This document shows positions 59,205 to 64,000 of a stretch of DNA of 64,000 nucleotides, one piece after another. The notes below the pieces were generated by a model. The model did not search any database and was not told the DNA's origin. It worked only from the letters and a program-made list of their open reading frames with translations. A program made the translations under genes and the position numbers. This DNA comes from an uncultured Candidatus Saccharibacteria bacterium (lineage in GTDB: Bacteria > Patescibacteriota > Dojkabacteria > J137), in contig OZ246402.1 in the NCBI GenBank assembly GCA_965230975.1, forward strand, positions 309,304-373,303. The letters run 5' to 3'. Numbering within the stretch: the stretch's first letter is position 1; every line of letters begins with the position of its first letter.

Positions 59205-59516
59205 ATGATTAAAAAAAAGAAGTCTGTTAAATCAAAAAAGGTTTATTTTTATCAAGATTTTGTATCGCAAGATGAAATTGATTTTCATAAATTTGGGCCA
59301 TTAACTGGTTTTGATATTGAAAAATTGCTGTGTAACTTTTTAGAAGATTGTTATGTTGCAAAACTTGAAAAGGTTTTAGTAATAACTGGAAAGGGTAATA
59401 TAGTAAGACCAGCTGTAAATAAATTGTTAAAACAAAACAAATATGTACAGTCTTTCAAAAGCGCTGGTTACTTTAATGGTCAAAGTGGGGCTTTTGAAGT
59501 TGAGTTGAAAGGTTAG
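59205..59516 (+). CDS. Smr-domain protein
   Basis: 'KVLVITGKGNIVRPAVNKLLKQ' matches the Smr core (IHGKG...LR..V...L). Confidence 0.6.
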   Translation: MIKKKKSVKSKKVYFYQDFVSQDEIDFHKFGPLTGFDIEKLLCNFLEDCYVAKLEKVLVITGKGNIVRPAVNKLLKQNKYVQSFKSAGYFNGQSGAFEVELKG

Positions 59517-60142
59517 GATTCTAATCCTTTTTTTCTCATAATGGCATATGAAATTTTACTTTCAAGTTCATGCAGGAATGCATATCCATTTAAGTTATCT
59601 TTAAATAATTCAGCAGTAACATCATATCTATATTCTTCAGGTGAGCTTTCGTCAATTATAATTTCACTAGTGAAAATATCTCTAAATTTCAAATTTTGCA
59701 ATAAGGCATACAATTCTTCCAAAAACTCTAACTCACAATCGAGTGGAAATAAGTTGATGTACCCTAACAATAATTCGTAGCCTGAATCAGTATTTAAGTA
59801 TTGAATAAATTCAATATAATTTTTTTCTGATGGGTCTTTAGTCAGTCGTTTTAAAGAATCTTCCCAGGATTGGATTTTCAATTTCATTTCATCTGAAAAT
59901 ATTTGCTTCCCATTTGCAAGAACTATTCTTGAATCTAATAGAAGTTTTATTATGCTTTCATCTAATAAAAACGATATGTGGTATTCAGAAACTTGAGGTC
60001 TTACAAGAATTTTTCTAGTTTCATTACATTCCGCTTGTAAGGTATGAATCATCCATCTATTAGCTCTCTTTGTGCCAAAGTTTAATCTTTTTGAAGACTT
60101 ATCGCATTTTCTATCTTTGCCGTTTTCAAATGGGGAATTCAT
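59513..60142 (-). CDS. Hypothetical protein (downstream member of a translationally coupled pair)
   Basis: 209-aa ORF. Its ATG lies 1 nt after the stop of the upstream 198-aa ORF. Confidence 0.45.
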   Translation of the reverse strand: MNSPFENGKDRKCDKSSKRLNFGTKRANRWMIHTLQAECNETRKILVRPQVSEYHISFLLDESIIKLLLDSRIVLANGKQIFSDEMKLKIQSWEDSLKRLTKDPSEKNYIEFIQYLNTDSGYELLLGYINLFPLDCELEFLEELYALLQNLKFRDIFTSEIIIDESSPEEYRYDVTAELFKDNLNGYAFLHELESKISYAIMRKKGLES

Positions 60143-60143
60143 A

Positions 60144-60740
60144 TTATTCTGCTAAATTAAAATATCTTTTATTAAGTAAATCTGCGAAGTCTTCCCAAGC
60201 TTGCTTCGGAATTAACCTGTCTTCAAAATCAATAAGCTCGGTTACATTAAATAAAGCTTGAATGTCTTGTATACCAAATTGATCGGGGAAAAATAATATA
60301 AGTACAAAAAACTCAAAAAAAGCTTCTTTTGTAAAATTCTCATTTCTGTATAATGCCGCCATTATAGAATCTGAAAGCACGTTCTTGTGGTGAATAAACT
60401 CTTTCAAGTTTGAGATCTTATCATCTATGTTTTCGCTATTAATCATCAAGGCTAATCGATAAGGGCCCATCTCTTGTAAAAGTGAGTCTGGCATTTGGGA
60501 TCGATTTAATTCGTAACATTTACTCTGTAGACTATGTAAAAGCTCCTCTTCATCAATTTCTCTGCCAAATAAACTTTGATAACTAGCTTTGTATAATTGA
60601 TGGCATGAAGGTTTCTCGTTTAAAAAAACTTCATTTCCCGGTCTGGTTTGAACTTCACATACTCTTCCTGAAGGTCTCCAGGCAGAAGAATTGTTACTAA
60701 AAGTTTGTTGACTCATATTGTTATTAGAATATGGTGACAA
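60144..60740 (-). CDS. Hypothetical protein (upstream member of the coupled pair)
   Basis: 198-aa ORF. No motif. Confidence 0.45.
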   Translation of the reverse strand: MSPYSNNNMSQQTFSNNSSAWRPSGRVCEVQTRPGNEVFLNEKPSCHQLYKASYQSLFGREIDEEELLHSLQSKCYELNRSQMPDSLLQEMGPYRLALMINSENIDDKISNLKEFIHHKNVLSDSIMAALYRNENFTKEAFFEFFVLILFFPDQFGIQDIQALFNVTELIDFEDRLIPKQAWEDFADLLNKRYFNLAE

Positions 60741-60869
60741 TTATACCTCGGGACTTGCGAAATTTTCAATTAGCTTAATTCTTTATAATAGAAAATTACA
60801 AAGCTATAATAATCTTCTTAATAAATTAGTTTCCTATGATATACTTTTTAAGTTTTTAAACAAATAAAT

Positions 60870-61376
60870 ATGAAAACCAAAAATCTAGTTATAATATTAT
60901 TAGTAATCGCAGGTGCAACTTTTTTACTTATTAACCCATCACCCACTGTGAACAACCAAAGAACAAATACATCAACCGCAAGTAATTTTAGTAGCAGATT
61001 AGAATCTAGAAGTGCAGATGAAATTTTAGGAGATACAAGAACTACAGAATTAAAAACAGAAACGATATTAGAACCAACAGACGCTACAAGCAAGCAAGTT
61101 GCTAATGGAGATAGAATATCTGTACACTACAGAGGATGGTTAGCAAAAGATGGAACCGTATTTGACCAATCATTTAATAGAGGGACTACATTTAGCTTTA
61201 CAGTAGGTCAAGGCGTAATACAAGGTTGGAGTTTGGGAGTTGTTGGAATGAGAGTTGGAGAGGTTAGAAGATTAAAAATCCCCGCTGAATTAGGTTATGG
61301 AAGTACCGGTGCTGGAGATTCTATACCCGGAGACTCTGATTTGATATTTGATGTAGAACTTGTTAGTTTTAATTAA
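60870..61376 (+). CDS. Membrane-anchored FKBP-type peptidyl-prolyl cis-trans isomerase
   Basis: 'GDRISVHYRGWLAKDGTVFDQSF...FTVGQGVIQGWSLGVVGMRVGEVRRLKIPAELGYG' matches FKBP. There is an N-terminal TM. Confidence 0.85.
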   Translation: MKTKNLVIILLVIAGATFLLINPSPTVNNQRTNTSTASNFSSRLESRSADEILGDTRTTELKTETILEPTDATSKQVANGDRISVHYRGWLAKDGTVFDQSFNRGTTFSFTVGQGVIQGWSLGVVGMRVGEVRRLKIPAELGYGSTGAGDSIPGDSDLIFDVELVSFN

Positions 61377-61396
61377 TTAAACTTACAATAGTACAA

Positions 61397-61422
61397 GAAA
61401 CGGACCAAGCGTCCGTTTCTAA
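61397..61422 (+). terminator. Hairpin terminator after the FKBP gene
   Basis: aaacggac-caagc-gtccgttt followed by tct. Confidence 0.45.
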
Positions 61423-61495
61423 CTTAATAATTTTCATTAAAAAAAAGATTTTGTTATAAAAATATTGTACACTTAGAGTTGATAATTAAAAGATA

Positions 61496-62131
61496 ATGAA
61501 TACAAATCCTTTTTTTGATCCGGAACCTAAAAAAAAACCAAACTTATTTATAGCATTACTGCAAGGTTTAGTTGTATTAACAGCAATAGTAATAGTTCTG
61601 TATTTGTTTGTAATAACCCCAAGTCAGGTGGACGGGCCATCTATGCAACCTAATTTTTATACTGGTGAATTATTATTAACAAACAGATTAGTTCAGTGGC
61701 TTGGCGCTACAGAGGTTGGAAAGAGCATTGGAGTAGACTACCAAAGAGGGGATGTTGTAACATTTCAAAAGCCAGGATATAGGGAGTTTGTAAAAAGGAT
61801 TTTAGCTTTACCAGGAGATAAAATAGCTGTAAGAGATGGTCATATTTATATTAATAATCAAAGACTAGAAGAAGACTATTTGCCTCCTGCATTGTATACT
61901 AATGGCGGAGATTTTATTGTCGAGGGTGGAGAAAGTATAGAAGTCCCACCAGGTTATTATATCTGTATTGGAGATAATAGACCTGCCAGTAACGATTCAA
62001 GATATGCAGCAATTGGTTTAATAGATAGAGACTGGATTAAAGGAAGAGTGATATTAAGATTTTATCCATTTGAAAAATTCTCCATAATTCCAACCGGAAA
62101 ATATGAATTAGTATTAGAAGATAATGTTTAA
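61496..62131 (+). CDS. lepB: Signal peptidase I (S26), copy 1
   Basis: 'GPSMQPNF' (Ser), 'KRILALPGD' (Lys), 'GDNRPASNDSRY'. N-terminal TM. Confidence 0.85.
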   Translation: MNTNPFFDPEPKKKPNLFIALLQGLVVLTAIVIVLYLFVITPSQVDGPSMQPNFYTGELLLTNRLVQWLGATEVGKSIGVDYQRGDVVTFQKPGYREFVKRILALPGDKIAVRDGHIYINNQRLEEDYLPPALYTNGGDFIVEGGESIEVPPGYYICIGDNRPASNDSRYAAIGLIDRDWIKGRVILRFYPFEKFSIIPTGKYELVLEDNV

Positions 62132-62696
62132 ACCCGAATCAACACTTACAAAATCAATATTGGATTTTATACAAAGCATAATAATTGCGTTAGCTATAGC
62201 TATCTTTTTATATCTATTTGTTGTAACTCCGAGTGAGGTAGAAGGGCGATCGATGGAGCCCAATTTCTATACTGGTGAAAGGTTATATACTAACAGGCTT
62301 ACACACTGGTTTTCAGAAACTGACTTTGGCAAAACACTTGGCTTAACTTACAACAGAGGTGATATTATTGTGTTTCAAAAACCAGGCATGGATATGTTAA
62401 TTAAAAGGATAATTGCATTGCCTGGAGAAACTGTAGAGCTTAAAGACCAAAGATTTTATATAAATGATCAGCTACTAAATGAGCCCTATTTATCTTCGGA
62501 AGTTCTTACTAAAGAAGGTTCTTTTTTAAGAGAGAACCAAAAGTTAACTGTCCCTGAAAACTCGTATTTTGTAGCAGGGGATAATAGACCGGTAAGTAAT
62601 GACTCTCGCTACATTGGATTTATAAAGACGGATTGGATAATAGGCAAGCCTTTTTTTAGAATTTGGCCACTAGATAAGTTTGGCACAATTAAGTAA
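62124..62696 (+). CDS. lepB: Signal peptidase I (S26), copy 2 (tandem paralog)
   Basis: 'GRSMEPNF', 'KRIIALPGE', 'GDNRPVSNDSRY'. 8-nt overlap with copy 1. Confidence 0.85.
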   Translation: MFKPESTLTKSILDFIQSIIIALAIAIFLYLFVVTPSEVEGRSMEPNFYTGERLYTNRLTHWFSETDFGKTLGLTYNRGDIIVFQKPGMDMLIKRIIALPGETVELKDQRFYINDQLLNEPYLSSEVLTKEGSFLRENQKLTVPENSYFVAGDNRPVSNDSRYIGFIKTDWIIGKPFFRIWPLDKFGTIK

Positions 62697-62756
62697 TACT
62701 TTCCCCTATTCAATTTTTCTGTAATAATAAGAAAATTATATTTTATTTAACATTTA

Positions 62757-63416
62757 ATGTTTAAAAACATAACAATCGTAATCTTGCTGATAATGGTATT
62801 AATACTGGGTGTAACCTCAGGAGTTTTTGGCTATCTATACTTTACCAAAAATAATGAGTATGCTGATTTGCTAGCACGAGCACTAGAAGGTGGCTCTGAC
62901 ATTAGTCCTGCAACTGAAGAAGATTCTGCCACTACACCTACAATCATTACTTTCGAAGACACACCTTTAGATGTCTCATTTAATTATCCATCTACATGGA
63001 GTTTAGCAATGGGTACAAATGTTAGCGAAGATTTTGCATATGAACCTGTGTATGGAAGAATCTTACAAAATTACAAGGCTACTTTAACAAAAGGTACATC
63101 TGTTCTAACATTTGAGAAAAATTTAGGGGCAATAGATGGGTTCCCTAGTTTGGTAGATAAATCCACAGTAGATTTTGTAGAGGTTAGTGGAGATTTAATT
63201 AGATATAAACAACCTGCAGAAACAAAATGGAAGTATGTACAATGGATGAGTTGTGATGACTTTGCAGAGATGTTTGGAAGCCCAGCGGCAACAGAAGTTT
63301 GTTTATCATCTTTTTACCCTGGGTTTGGCAATTGGGCAAACATTGCATACATAAGTGCATCTTCAGAAGCTGATCTTTTAGAGGCAGATCAAATTGTTGT
63401 TTCTGCACTTAACTAA
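62757..63416 (+). CDS. Hypothetical membrane-anchored protein
   Basis: 219 aa. TM segment 'ITIVILLIMVLILGVTSGVFGYLYF'. Confidence 0.5.
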   Translation: MFKNITIVILLIMVLILGVTSGVFGYLYFTKNNEYADLLARALEGGSDISPATEEDSATTPTIITFEDTPLDVSFNYPSTWSLAMGTNVSEDFAYEPVYGRILQNYKATLTKGTSVLTFEKNLGAIDGFPSLVDKSTVDFVEVSGDLIRYKQPAETKWKYVQWMSCDDFAEMFGSPAATEVCLSSFYPGFGNWANIAYISASSEADLLEADQIVVSALN

Positions 63417-63604
63417 AATTCAAATAACTACTATAGGTCTTTACCAAAAGACCTATAGAGAACTAATATAATAAAGTAATTAAGTGAAGTGGAGTTAAAT
63501 TCTCCCGCTGTGCCGCAACGGTAATGTTTAGATTTTACTAAAACAAGCCCGATCCTTACTTATAAAAACTATCCCGCGCAGGAATCATAAGTTAATAATT
63601 TTAT

Positions 63605-63631
63605 GAACTCCTGTGAAGGAGTCTTTTTTTA
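63605..63631 (+). terminator. Intrinsic terminator ending a ~170-nt non-coding stretch (possible sRNA or leader)
   Basis: actcct-gtga-aggagt followed by T7. Confidence 0.5.
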
Positions 63632-63670
63632 CCTTGAAAAAGGTGTAATTTATTTTTTATTGTTTGTTTA

Positions 63671-64000
63671 TGGAAAAAAGACCTTCGCAGAAAAACATTT
63701 TGGTTGCAATTTTTGCGGTAATTTTAGTTGGTGTATTAGCGGTTAGTGGTGTTACTTTAAGAAATACAATAACTCAGCAATCACAAGTTCAGGGTGCACA
63801 AATAGTTAATGATCAGGTTTTTGATTTGCCTGTTAAGCTAATACTAAGTAATGATCAAGAAGTTACATATTCCATGAATGCAAATCTAGATGAAACATTA
63901 TTTTCTGTAATTCAAAGGTTTGATCAAAATAATGATGATTTTGCTATTGAATATACCGAATACGAAGGTATGGGTGCATTTATTACTAACTTTAATAATT
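63671..64000 (+). CDS. Hypothetical secreted/membrane-anchored protein, 3'-truncated at the window edge (possibly DUF4430-like)
   Basis: ATG at 63671. 110 codons with no stop, running off the window. Signal-anchor 'ILVAIFAVILVGVLAVSGV'. The C-terminal part 'DFAIEYTEYEGMGAFITNFNN' weakly resembles a DUF4430 domain. Confidence 0.4.

Noticed and set aside
63461-63600. Possible SRP (4.5S) RNA, suggested by a 'UCUCCCGC' segment reminiscent of E. coli 4.5S
   Set aside because: The conserved domain IV motif (GGUCCGGAAGGAAGCAGCC-like) is not present. It is kept only as an unclassified structured-RNA candidate.
1-64000. Alternative genetic code (UGA recoding as in Gracilibacteria/Absconditabacteria)
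   Set aside because: Long conserved genes (fusA, tuf, typA, dnaG, the r-proteins) are full length with standard stops. There is no sign of in-frame UGA read-through.
1-64000. CRISPR arrays, IS elements/transposases, integrases, rRNA genes
   Set aside because: No direct-repeat/spacer arrays, no DDE- or tyrosine-recombinase-like ORFs, and no rRNA-like conserved stretches were seen. The accessory blocks lack recognisable mobility genes.

Overview
This is a low-GC (about one third G+C by eye) bacterial chromosomal segment that reads cleanly under the standard genetic code. Long genes such as fusA (715 aa) and the 1041-aa ORF are uninterrupted. The gene content and organisation look like a reduced Candidate Phyla Radiation / Patescibacteria-type genome. 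The conserved backbone is: greA, uppP, rpiB, dnaG, rpmH, rplS, a HIT hydrolase, rnhB, fusA, tRNA-Leu(UAG), truB, then tuf directly followed by a contiguous S10-spc ribosomal-protein cluster (rpsJ, rplC, rplD, rplW, rplB, rpsS, rplV, rpsC, rplP, rpmC, rpsQ, rplN, rplX, rplE, S14, rpsH, rplF, rplR, rpsE, rplO, secY, map). This cluster lacks rpmD (L30) and adk and stops after map, with no infA, rpmJ, rpsM, rpsK, rpsD, rpoA or rplQ. Further along are sufC, recO, htpX, typA, an FKBP isomerase and two tandem lepB genes. Between these lie accessory-looking stretches: (i) two giant Cys-rich secreted/surface proteins, a lamin-tail-domain protein and a 1041-aa Rossmann-TM-ectodomain fusion; (ii) a 150-aa SufB/SufD C-terminal-domain-only protein located far from a lone sufC; (iii) a minus-strand DUF2207-like / patatin-like phospholipase / small-ORF operon next to the tRNA; (iv) a tightly packed four-gene insertion between recO and htpX that contains an AbiEii-type nucleotidyltransferase; (v) several translationally coupled pairs of hypothetical proteins. 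Many genes end in clear Rho-independent terminator hairpins. I saw no CRISPR array, rRNA gene or recognisable transposase in the window.
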